A stretch of DNA of 64,000 nucleotides, taken from positions 5,038-69,037 of the forward strand of contig JAGPFZ010000001.1 in the NCBI GenBank assembly GCA_018056245.1. Reading direction: 5' to 3'. A program made the position numbers and the translations under genes. Positions 48,119 to 57,070 of the stretch are shown here, piece by piece. This DNA comes from Bacteroidales bacterium. GTDB lineage: Bacteria; Bacteroidota; Bacteroidia; Bacteroidales; VadinHA17. Below the pieces are notes generated by a model. It was not told the DNA's origin. It did not search any database and was given only the letters and a program-made list of their open reading frames with translations. Numbering within the stretch: the first letter of the stretch is position 1; every line of letters begins with the position of its first letter.

Positions 48119-48487
48119 TTATTTCCAGAGAAGCATTCTAACTGCCATGATTATAAGGAATATGCTGAAAATTTTCTTGAGTAGATTTCCTGAAAGAACT
48201 ATAGCCAGTTTGGCTCCGAAAAGCGAGCCTACTATAAAGGCAGCAGCCAGAATGAGAGCAACTTTAATGTCGACATAGCCTGCTTTGTAATAATTTATAG
48301 CTGCAACAATACCTATAGGTGGAAGCATCATAGCCAGGCTTGTTCCTTGTGCCTCATGCTGACTGAAGCCGAGAAAGATAACCAGAGCCGGAATCACTAT
48401 TAAACCTCCGCCAATACCGAGCATACCGGAAAGCATCCCGGTAATCAGCCCTATAACAATTAAAATAAGAATTGCTGTTAATGACAT
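48119..48487 (-). CDS. TauE/SafE-family membrane protein, half-size (122 aa, about 4 TM)
   Basis: GMLGIGGGLIVIPAL motif and Gly-rich TM helices typical of the TauE/SafE family. Confidence 0.7.
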   Translation of the reverse strand: MSLTAILILIVIGLITGMLSGMLGIGGGLIVIPALVIFLGFSQHEAQGTSLAMMLPPIGIVAAINYYKAGYVDIKVALILAAAFIVGSLFGAKLAIVLSGNLLKKIFSIFLIIMAVRMLLWK

Positions 48488-48586
48488 ATTTATAAGAATT
48501 AATATTTAAATTAATAAGTTGACAAATATATCAATAAAGAGAATTATTTATTTTCAAAGTCATTATCTTTGCCCTTTGAAAATATT

Positions 48587-49618
48587 ATGTCTAAAACCGG
48601 TTTCAAAAATATTATTCTTTCCTCAGGTATAGTAATAGCGGTTTTAATTTTTATTTTATGGTGGCTTTTTCTCTCCGCCAATGTCTCACCGGCCGGAACA
48701 AAGGCAATAATTTACATTCCTGAAGAGGCTTCTTATCAACAAGTGCTCGATTCACTCAGAGCTAATCTTGAAATACGTAATATCAAGTTGCTCGATATGG
48801 TAGCAAAGAAAAAAAAATATCCTGAATTAATAAAACATGGCCGATATGTTGTGGAAGACAAAATCAGTTATGTTGAACTAATTAATATGTTAAGATCCGG
48901 CCGCCAGAAACCTGTTAAGGTTACTTTTAACAATATACGCAACATTTATCAGCTTGCCGGGAAAGTAGGTGGACAAATTGAAGCCGATTCGGCTGAGATT
49001 GCAGATTTTCTTTCTGACCCTGAAAACTATAAGAAAGACGGATTCACAAGAGAGAATGTAATATCTATCTTTATTCCAAATACTTACGAATTCTATTGGA
49101 ACACAACTGCTGAAGGATTTTACCGCAGAATGCTTAAGGAATATAACAAATTCTGGGAAGGGGAGAGAGATAGAAAAGCTGCAATTCTCGGCCTTACCCG
49201 AATAGAAGTTTCAATACTCGCATCAATAGTTGATGATGAGGTTGTGAAAGCCGATGAAAAACCGAGAATAGCAGGCGTATATATTAACCGCGTGAAGAAT
49301 GGAATGCCTCTTCAGGCCTGTCCAACGATAAAATTTGCACTCAATGATTTTACAATTACAAGGGTACTTAAACATCATCTCCAAATAGATTCTCCATATA
49401 ATACATATAAATATAAAGGTTTCCCTCCGGGTCCTATAAGCTGTCCTACAATCGAAGGTATTGATGCTGTACTGAATGCCGAAAAACATAATTATTTTTA
49501 TTTTGCAGCAAAAGCCGACTTCTCAGGTTATCATAATTTTTCAAGAACTCTTGCCGAACATAACAGGTATGCCGACCAATATCAGAAAGAGCTGGATAAG
49601 AGAAAGATATTCAGATAG
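48587..49618 (+). CDS. mltG: endolytic murein transglycosylase MltG (YceG-like)
   Basis: N-terminal TM anchor, ASIVDDE, YNTYKYKGFPPGPI, YFYFAA motifs. I prefer the ATG at 48587 over the TTG at 48569. Confidence 0.85.
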   Translation: MSKTGFKNIILSSGIVIAVLIFILWWLFLSANVSPAGTKAIIYIPEEASYQQVLDSLRANLEIRNIKLLDMVAKKKKYPELIKHGRYVVEDKISYVELINMLRSGRQKPVKVTFNNIRNIYQLAGKVGGQIEADSAEIADFLSDPENYKKDGFTRENVISIFIPNTYEFYWNTTAEGFYRRMLKEYNKFWEGERDRKAAILGLTRIEVSILASIVDDEVVKADEKPRIAGVYINRVKNGMPLQACPTIKFALNDFTITRVLKHHLQIDSPYNTYKYKGFPPGPISCPTIEGIDAVLNAEKHNYFYFAAKADFSGYHNFSRTLAEHNRYADQYQKELDKRKIFR

Positions 49619-49633
49619 GGTAGAGATGAGAAT

Positions 49634-50659
49634 TTAGAGAAATTCTCTTCCAATGACCTCGACTTCTCTTTCGAGTTCTATACCAAACTTTTCCAAAACA
49701 GATTTCTTAATCATTTCCGAAAGTTCGAATATCTCCATGCCGGTCGCATACCCAAGGTTGACGATTACCAGTGGCTGTTTTTCCCACACACCAGCACCGC
49801 CATACCGTTTACCTTTCCACCCGCACTTTTCAATAAGCCATGCGGCCGGTATTTTTGTATAGGTAGCTGACTCACTGTATAACGGTATATCCGGAAATTT
49901 CTCTTTCAGTATTTCTGCATCTTCTCTTTTAACCACGGGATTCTTGAAGAAACTCCCTGCATTACCTGTAACCTCAGGGTCGGGCAACTTATTTTTTCTT
50001 ATGTTAATTACTGCTTTCCTTATGTTTGCAAGTGAAAAACCGCCAAGCCGATCTGCTTCCTCCGCAACGCTATTATAAATGTATGTAAAATTATGCTTTG
50101 TGCTAAGCTTGAAAGAAACATTGGTGATTAGCCATTTTCCTTTATTTTCTTTTTTAAACATACTGTTGCGGTAGCTGAAACAGCACTCTTCATTACTGAA
50201 ATTTTTTATACTTCCGTCTGAAAGCGAGACTGCCTCCACATTAACAACAACATCTTTCACTTCAGAGCCGTAAGCCCCTATATTCTGGACAGGAGCAGCA
50301 CCAACACTTCCGGGGATGTACGAAAGCCTCTCGAGGCCAGACAGGTTTTTTTCAACACACCATTCTACGAACTTATCCCATATTACCCCCGCACCTGCTT
50401 TCACCAGAACAAATTGATTTTCTTTACGTTCGGTTTTAATTCCTTCAATGCCGGAAATTATTATCGTTCCTTCGAAATCTGAAAGGTAAAGAATATTGCT
50501 GCCTCTGCCAGTAATGAGATAACGAGTATCCGAGATATTTTTATTGAGGGAAAGGTTTTTGGCCTCATCACGGTTTTTGACGATAATGAGAGTTTGAGCC
50601 CTTACATCAAGCCTAAAAGTATTGAGATTCTTTAGTGAAATATTACGGTAAACCTCCAT
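49634..50659 (-). CDS. murB: UDP-N-acetylmuramate dehydrogenase
   Basis: FAD-binding GRGSNIL, GAAPVQNIGAYG, AGSFFKNPV, C-terminal MurB domain. 341 aa. Confidence 0.9.
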   Translation of the reverse strand: MEVYRNISLKNLNTFRLDVRAQTLIIVKNRDEAKNLSLNKNISDTRYLITGRGSNILYLSDFEGTIIISGIEGIKTERKENQFVLVKAGAGVIWDKFVEWCVEKNLSGLERLSYIPGSVGAAPVQNIGAYGSEVKDVVVNVEAVSLSDGSIKNFSNEECCFSYRNSMFKKENKGKWLITNVSFKLSTKHNFTYIYNSVAEEADRLGGFSLANIRKAVINIRKNKLPDPEVTGNAGSFFKNPVVKREDAEILKEKFPDIPLYSESATYTKIPAAWLIEKCGWKGKRYGGAGVWEKQPLVIVNLGYATGMEIFELSEMIKKSVLEKFGIELEREVEVIGREFL

Positions 50660-50835
50660 TAAAGATTTCTTTCAAAGGTATGTAATTATTTAATCCGCCT
50701 TCATGAGTTATACAGAATATATGTCTTTACTTTTATGTCGTTTAATGCAAATAAAACATAGTTTGTCAAAAAAATTTGGTCATTCTTGTTTTTTTCATTA
50801 AATTTCTTTAATCTTAATTAATTCATAAACTTCAG

Positions 50836-50870
50836 AAAAGACAAAAGACAAAAGGTAAAAGACAAAAGGT
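50836..50870. repeat. heptamer tandem array (aaaagac aaaagac aaaaggt aaaagac aaaaggt)
   Basis: Five in-phase 7-nt units in the 421-bp murB/T9SS-cargo divergent spacer. Confidence 0.8.
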
Positions 50871-51080
50871 TCAAAACATATTGCTGTTATTTAAAAATAA
50901 TTGATTTGACAAAGAGACTATTTACGAAAAGAAGAATATTTTAATTTTTCAAAGGATATTAATTGCAAGGTAAGTTTTTATAATTTTAAAGCTTGAAAAT
51001 TATACTTTTTTATCGAGAAATTAAATTAATGAAATGTCTGTAGTTAAACACAGAAAAGAATAAAAATAATTTAAAAATGA

Positions 51081-53702
51081 ATGAATATGAAAAAAATCTA
51101 CACTCTTTTTATATCGCTGATTATTTTCTTTTCAGCCAGCGCCCAGTGGACGCAGATAAAGCATTCGACCCTTGAAGGGACAGTTGAATATAACGGGATT
51201 GTCTATACCGGGTCGTCTGTTGTTATGGCAACAAACGGCGGAATATTAAGATCGACCGACAACGGCGTAACATGGAATCTCTCTGTTGAAGGACTCGATA
51301 CGTTAAATCTGTCGGTAAATAATATTGCCTTTATTGCAGGAAGAGACGAACTCTGGATATGCTCGAACGGCAATGTCTTCAAATCGGTTAATGACGGAAT
51401 TTCGTGGAACAAAGTAAACCTTACCGGCTTCAGTACGGGCTGGACAAACCAGTTGGGACGTGTCGGGAACAGGCTCATTATCTCTCATTCTGTATGGGAC
51501 AATGTGCAGAATAAGAATATAAACAGCCTTGCTTACTCGGACGACGGAAGTAACTGGACAAAGGGGCCTGTTATTGATGATTCCGGCAACAATATCTATT
51601 TCGAATTTGTAAATGAACATAACAACAGATGGCTTCTTTTTGTTGAGGAATCCGGCAGTTCCAGCAATATACTATGGTACACTACCGACGGTACAGCTTT
51701 CTCATCTTTCCCTCTTTCAGGGCTGAGTACAGATATCGAAATTGATGTGGAAGATTTATCAATCGATCCCGCAGGAGATAATTTATTTATTATAGACAGA
51801 GATGCTTCAGCGATTTGTTGGTTCAACACTGCTTCCTCCACATGGGAGGAAAAAATGACCGGTATCGAAGGAGAAGGACTTAGTTTACAAGAATTATTTA
51901 GTATTCATTCGCTTGGAGATATCACTTTTGCTTCAGCATTATTCACTGGTGAAAGCTCGAATATTTTAATTAAATTTTATTCTTCAAATGATTTTGGTTT
52001 AAACTGGACTGAAATAACAAATCCAGGTGTCGAGTTGCCGACTTTTGAGGGAGGGACTATGATTAGGGCAGGTAGCAACAGGCTAATTGGTTCATATTTT
52101 AATAATCTAATGGCTTATTCTGACGATGCAGGCCTTACATGGACCAAAATATCCCAGGTGTACGGTGGTGATTACCATTATCTGGTTACACTATCCGATG
52201 GAACTATTTTTGCCAAGGCACCTGGCGAAACAAAAGGGCTGATAAAATCAACTGACAACGGTATCTCATGGACTATACAGAACGGGGACCTGACTAAATT
52301 TGTTGATATGTTATATTTTATTGACGCAATATGGCCGGGTGGACCGACTACAATGTATCTGACTTTACGGGAAAATCCTTTCGATGAGAAGCAATATCTT
52401 TATAAATCAATAAATTCAGGGGTGAATTGGACAAAATTAACAACTGCTCCTGATTCATATTACAAAATATTTATAGGCAATTATGGCGCAGGGAATCCTA
52501 TAATCTGGTTCGGTGAAGAAGATGGCTCCGGCACTTATCAGTTTACAACCGACGGAGGAGATACATGGGTGGATCTGACTACTGCTATTGATGCCCTTAA
52601 TATAGATAAAGTAATGGGCATAAAAGGCAACGGCAGCCTGATGATATTATTTGGACAGATAAGCGACCGGATACACGTTTATATATCTGAAGACGACGGC
52701 TCTAATTTTTCCGACATAACTGGAACTCTGGAACAGCCTAATTATGAAATTATCGTTGCCGACAGGTGGTACTGGGAAAAACAGCCCACAGCTATATCAA
52801 GCTTTAGTTCCGACGGATTGACCTTTATTCTAGCCGCAAAGGACAATACGACATACCCGAATAAAATAGTTTTCTTTAAGCTCAACTCTACCATGGATGG
52901 TTGGGAAGAACCAATTGTATCGGGAATTGAGTTTCCATACGACGTTGAATGGCATGCTTTGAAGCAAATTCAGGGAGTATGGTATTTTGTAACTCCTGCC
53001 GGAGTATATGCCAGCATTGATAACTGTGCTTCATGGCTGAGGGTCTGGAATAACCAGGGTTTAACGCAGGGCTTGTTTCCAAGGTCTTTTGCAGCAGGCA
53101 ACAATGTACTTTTCATGGGAACCGAAGATGCCGGTCTGTGGACGACTCCAATATATAAACCTGAAATCATAACAAATGATGCCACCGAGATAAATGAGGA
53201 ATCGGCAAAAAGCGGGGGAGCAATTACTGCAACAGGAGGGTTGCCTTTCATTGATAAAGGTTTGTGCTGGGCAACTCATACTACACCTACCATCAGCGAT
53301 AATAAATTGAGCGCAGGTAATTCCTGGAGTGATTTTATTGCCACAATCACAGAACTTACACCAAACACAACTTATTATGTCAGGGCATTTGCCGAGAATC
53401 CAATAGGACTGGCTTACGGAAATGAAATCTCATTCAAAACTCAAATAGCTTCAATGATAGAAACGGAAAGTATAAAGGAGTTAGTCGTATATCCAAATCC
53501 GGCTACCGACGTGCTTAATATCCGGACAGAAAGGGAAGGTGAAGTTTTAATGCTCGACATAACGGGCCGTCAGGTCCTTAGAGAAGCTCTTTTTACGGGA
53601 ACTAACAGGATTATGGTTGATAAACTGCCTGCAGGAATATATATTCTGAAAATTAAATACCAGAACGGTGATGTAAAGACAATGAGAGTGGTAATTAAAT
53701 AA
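51081..53702 (+). CDS. T9SS-secreted protein with multiple BNR/Asp-box (sortilin/Ycf48-like) repeats and a C-terminal sorting domain
   Basis: Signal peptide. At least 10 S/T-x-D-x-G-x-(T/S)-W type boxes (STDNGVTW, VNDGISW, SDDGSNW, SDDAGLTW, STDNGISW, TTDGGDTW ...). C-terminus VYPNPATDVLNI...GIYILKI matches T9SS type A. Confidence 0.8.
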   Translation: MNMKKIYTLFISLIIFFSASAQWTQIKHSTLEGTVEYNGIVYTGSSVVMATNGGILRSTDNGVTWNLSVEGLDTLNLSVNNIAFIAGRDELWICSNGNVFKSVNDGISWNKVNLTGFSTGWTNQLGRVGNRLIISHSVWDNVQNKNINSLAYSDDGSNWTKGPVIDDSGNNIYFEFVNEHNNRWLLFVEESGSSSNILWYTTDGTAFSSFPLSGLSTDIEIDVEDLSIDPAGDNLFIIDRDASAICWFNTASSTWEEKMTGIEGEGLSLQELFSIHSLGDITFASALFTGESSNILIKFYSSNDFGLNWTEITNPGVELPTFEGGTMIRAGSNRLIGSYFNNLMAYSDDAGLTWTKISQVYGGDYHYLVTLSDGTIFAKAPGETKGLIKSTDNGISWTIQNGDLTKFVDMLYFIDAIWPGGPTTMYLTLRENPFDEKQYLYKSINSGVNWTKLTTAPDSYYKIFIGNYGAGNPIIWFGEEDGSGTYQFTTDGGDTWVDLTTAIDALNIDKVMGIKGNGSLMILFGQISDRIHVYISEDDGSNFSDITGTLEQPNYEIIVADRWYWEKQPTAISSFSSDGLTFILAAKDNTTYPNKIVFFKLNSTMDGWEEPIVSGIEFPYDVEWHALKQIQGVWYFVTPAGVYASIDNCASWLRVWNNQGLTQGLFPRSFAAGNNVLFMGTEDAGLWTTPIYKPEIITNDATEINEESAKSGGAITATGGLPFIDKGLCWATHTTPTISDNKLSAGNSWSDFIATITELTPNTTYYVRAFAENPIGLAYGNEISFKTQIASMIETESIKELVVYPNPATDVLNIRTEREGEVLMLDITGRQVLREALFTGTNRIMVDKLPAGIYILKIKYQNGDVKTMRVVIK

Positions 53703-53803
53703 AAATCATTGTATCAATTCTGCTCGATTATCCGTTTTTTATGTAAAATTTTTATTAAGAAAGCAGAAATAATCAACGTCTCAAATTTTTCTATTTTTGG
53801 AGT

Positions 53804-54949
53804 ATGCAAGGCAAAACACATACTCTGCGCATAGTTTTTTCCGTAACTAACTGTATTTGTTTTGATCAGCGTGTACAGAAAATGGCACGTGTTGTGTCGG
53901 ATATGGGCACCGAAGTTACTATCGTCGGAAGAAAGAAAGCAGAATGTTGTAAAAAGAACATCGTTCCATTTAATACAAAAAGATTCAAAATGGTTTTTAA
54001 TAAGGGTTTTTTCTTTTATATGTTTATCAATATAAGACTCTTCTTTTACCTTTTGTTTCACAGATTTGACCTTCTTGTTTCAAATGACCTCGATACTTTA
54101 TTGCCAAATTTTTTAGTTTCGAAAATCAAAAGAATACCTGTCGTTTATGATTCACATGAATATTTTACAGATTTACCTGAAATAAGAGACAAGAAGTTCG
54201 TAAAATTTGTGTGGGATGCTATTGAGAAAAGGATTTTTCCGCATCTTAGATATGTAATTACCGTAAGTGATTCAATAGCAAATCTTTATAAAACAAAATA
54301 TGGTATCAGGCCGGTTGTTGTAAAAAATTGTTCTCTGTTATCGTCAGGTATAAAGCCATTAAGCCGTGATGAAATAGGAATAGACGAAAATTCTTTTGTA
54401 GTGATTCTTCAAGGGACAGGAATAAACATTGACAGGGGAGCAGAGGAACTTGTACAGGCTGTTTCTGAAATGGAAAATGTAACGCTGATAATTGCAGGTT
54501 CAGGTGATGTAGTTCCTGCGCTTAAGGATATGACAATAAAACTCAAGGCTGATGACAGAATAATGTTCATTCCGCCCCTACCATGGGAAGAACTTATGCG
54601 GTACACAAAAGCTGCCGATGCTGGAATGGTACTCGGAAAGGACACGAATATCAATTATCGCTTCAGCCTTCCAAACAAACTGTTTGATTATTTATCGGCC
54701 GGTATCCCTGTTATCTCTTCAAATCTGGAGGAAATAACCAATATAGTGACAAAATATTGCTGTGGAATAATTTTACCGGAAGTGACACCTGAAGAAATAG
54801 CTGATACCATAAGGATATTATCGGACAACAGGGAACTATTATCGTCACTTAAAATAAATACATTAAAAGCATCTGAAGAACTTAGCTGGGAAAAAGAATC
54901 TGAAAAAGTAAAGACATTCTATTCTGAACTTATAACGAATGAATATTAA
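53804..54949 (+). CDS. glycosyltransferase, GT4-like (GT-B fold)
   Basis: N-terminal LRIVFSVTN... Rossmann domain, C-terminal ...PNKLFDYLSAGIPVISSNL. 381 aa. Confidence 0.7.
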   Translation: MQGKTHTLRIVFSVTNCICFDQRVQKMARVVSDMGTEVTIVGRKKAECCKKNIVPFNTKRFKMVFNKGFFFYMFINIRLFFYLLFHRFDLLVSNDLDTLLPNFLVSKIKRIPVVYDSHEYFTDLPEIRDKKFVKFVWDAIEKRIFPHLRYVITVSDSIANLYKTKYGIRPVVVKNCSLLSSGIKPLSRDEIGIDENSFVVILQGTGINIDRGAEELVQAVSEMENVTLIIAGSGDVVPALKDMTIKLKADDRIMFIPPLPWEELMRYTKAADAGMVLGKDTNINYRFSLPNKLFDYLSAGIPVISSNLEEITNIVTKYCCGIILPEVTPEEIADTIRILSDNRELLSSLKINTLKASEELSWEKESEKVKTFYSELITNEY

Positions 54950-55094
54950 ATCAATTAATAACTGTTATGGTTTAGGAATAAGATAAATAAAATTCATAAT
55001 TAAAAAGGATATAAAGATTTTATTTTTATTCGTTTCCTCTATCCAATGAAATATAATTATTAATTTGCGAATAAGTGTTAAAAATTTGAAAAGC

Positions 55095-56570
55095 ATGAAA
55101 ACCAGTCGCCGTAATTTCTTAAAAACAGCATCTTTTGTTGGTGCAGGTGCAGTAACCGGAGGTTTGATATCCGGATGCGCACCGAGGGAACCGCAGTCGA
55201 ACCTTCCTGAAATTCTTGAGGCTGTAAAAAAATCACATAGCCAGCGTTTTAATATGTCGGGTTATGCTGCCCCTCCCATACCGGTTGTAAGAGTAGGTTT
55301 CATTGGTCTTGGCGACCGTGGAAGTGGCGCCGTTCAGCGCCTTTCATATATCGAGGGGGTTGAAATAAAAGCTCTGGGCGATCTGCGCGAAGTAGCAGTA
55401 AAGGGCTCACAACGTTACCTTGCAAGAATAGGGAGACTGGAAGCTCAGGAGTTTTACGGTGATGAGAATATCTGGAAAAAACTTGTTGAACTTCCGGACC
55501 TCGAACTGATATATATATGTACTCCATGGGTATGGCATGCCCAGATGGCTAATTACGCTATGGAAAATGGGAAACACGTTGTATGTGAAGTTCCGCTAAT
55601 AAGGACGATAGATGAAGCATGGATGCTTGTTGAAACTTCGGAAAAGACGAAAAAGCATTGTATGATGCTCGAAAATTGTTGCTACGACTTTTTTGAGCTT
55701 CTTACTCTTAATATGGTACGACAGGGAATGTTCGGAGATATAATTCATGGAGAAGGCGCATATATACATAACCTTCTTGAAATGAAATTTAAAAAACCCG
55801 ACGACAGCCGGCAAGCCGACGGTGCATATACCGGTATGTGGCGTCTGAAAGAGAATGCTTCGAGAAACGGCAATCTCTATCCTACTCATGGATTAGGGCC
55901 TATAGCTCAAGTGTTGAATATTAACCGTGGCGACAGAATGGAATATCTCACTTCTATGTCAACTAATGACTTCACAATGTACTTGCGTGAAAAAGAACTT
56001 GTTGAGAAAGATTCTTTTTATGAACCATGGAGAAATGCAAAATTCAGGGGAAATTTCAATACTACTTTAATACATACAGCTCTTGGCAAGACAATAAAAG
56101 TACAACACGATGTTTCGTCGTCCCATCCATATTCAAGGATACATCTTGTCAAAGGCACAAAAGGAATGACAGTGAAATACCCGGAAGAGAGGATTGCAAT
56201 CGGAGAGGGATGGGTAAAAGAAGAGACTATTAAAGAGTTTAGGGATAAATACACTCCCGAAATAATAAAAAGAGTGGGAGAGATGGCAAAGAGGGTGGGC
56301 GGCCATGGTGGGATGGATTTCATAATGGACTGGAGGATGATTGACTGCCTGAGAAATGGATTACCTCTCGACCAGGATGTGTACGACGGTGTTACATGGA
56401 GCTCAGTGGCTCCGCTCAGCGAATGGTCAGTGGCAAATAAATCCCAGTCTATTGATGTACCTGATTTTACATGCGGCTCATGGAAAATAAACAAACCTCA
56501 TGGTATCAATCTCGAAACAGGCGGAACAACACAGGTGTTGGAAGTCAAACAGAGAGTCAATTCATTGTGA
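55095..56570 (+). CDS. Tat-signal Gfo/Idh/MocA oxidoreductase-fold protein, GH109-like (NAD-dependent glycosidase family)
   Basis: Twin-arginine signal SRRNFLKTASFVGAGA. Rossmann segment VRVGFIGLGDRG followed by a long C-terminal domain. I prefer the ATG at 55095 over the TTG at 55065. Confidence 0.7.
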   Translation: MKTSRRNFLKTASFVGAGAVTGGLISGCAPREPQSNLPEILEAVKKSHSQRFNMSGYAAPPIPVVRVGFIGLGDRGSGAVQRLSYIEGVEIKALGDLREVAVKGSQRYLARIGRLEAQEFYGDENIWKKLVELPDLELIYICTPWVWHAQMANYAMENGKHVVCEVPLIRTIDEAWMLVETSEKTKKHCMMLENCCYDFFELLTLNMVRQGMFGDIIHGEGAYIHNLLEMKFKKPDDSRQADGAYTGMWRLKENASRNGNLYPTHGLGPIAQVLNINRGDRMEYLTSMSTNDFTMYLREKELVEKDSFYEPWRNAKFRGNFNTTLIHTALGKTIKVQHDVSSSHPYSRIHLVKGTKGMTVKYPEERIAIGEGWVKEETIKEFRDKYTPEIIKRVGEMAKRVGGHGGMDFIMDWRMIDCLRNGLPLDQDVYDGVTWSSVAPLSEWSVANKSQSIDVPDFTCGSWKINKPHGINLETGGTTQVLEVKQRVNSL

Positions 56571-56625
56571 AAATGTAAAATAAACTTATTATATTTTTTA
56601 ATGTTAATATAAAATATAATATGTT

Positions 56626-56958
56626 ATGGATAAAACAGAGCGGGTTTTTGAAAAAGAAAAATCTTTCCGTTTTCCTGAAATGGTTGAATATTCAGCGAAA
56701 AGTGTTGTAAGTAAGCAGGTTATTAAATCACAGGGAGGAAATATTACCCTTTTCTCGTTCGATGCAGGGGAGGGATTGAGTGAGCATGCAGCTCCTTTTG
56801 ATGCCCTTGTTCAGATAGTTGACGGTACTGCCGAAATCGTAATTGGAGGCAAAAAACATCTTCTTTCAGAAGGAGACTCAATAATAATGCCAGCTTCGGT
56901 ACCCCATTCAGTTTATGCGCCGGAAAAGTTTAAGATGGTTCTTACTATGATCCGCTGA
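56626..56958 (+). CDS. cupin-domain protein
   Basis: 110 aa. Cupin motifs G.GLSEHAAPFDA...G.......GDSIIMPA..PHS. Confidence 0.7.
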   Translation: MDKTERVFEKEKSFRFPEMVEYSAKSVVSKQVIKSQGGNITLFSFDAGEGLSEHAAPFDALVQIVDGTAEIVIGGKKHLLSEGDSIIMPASVPHSVYAPEKFKMVLTMIR

Positions 56959-57023
56959 TAGCGCATATTACTGTTTCTTCTATGCTCTCCCGATTCTCGG
57001 GACTCCGCTTTGCTTCGTATACT

Positions 57024-57065
57024 CTATGCTCTGTGCCCCGTGCTCTGAGCTCTGAGTCCTGTGCC
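57024..57065. repeat. GC-rich degenerate heptamer array (ctatgct ctgtgcc ccgtgct ctgagct ctgagtc ctgtgcc)
   Basis: Six in-phase units in the cupin/ggt convergent gap. Preceded by a small hairpin tcccga-ttc-tcggga at 56988..57002. Confidence 0.75.
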
Positions 57066-57070
57066 TTGAT

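Noticed and set aside
53714-54061. 115-aa minus-strand ORF overlapping the 5' end of the glycosyltransferase gene
   Set aside because: The glycosyltransferase N-terminus (LRIVFSVTN... Rossmann start) is the better-supported reading. The antisense ORF has no signal or motif.
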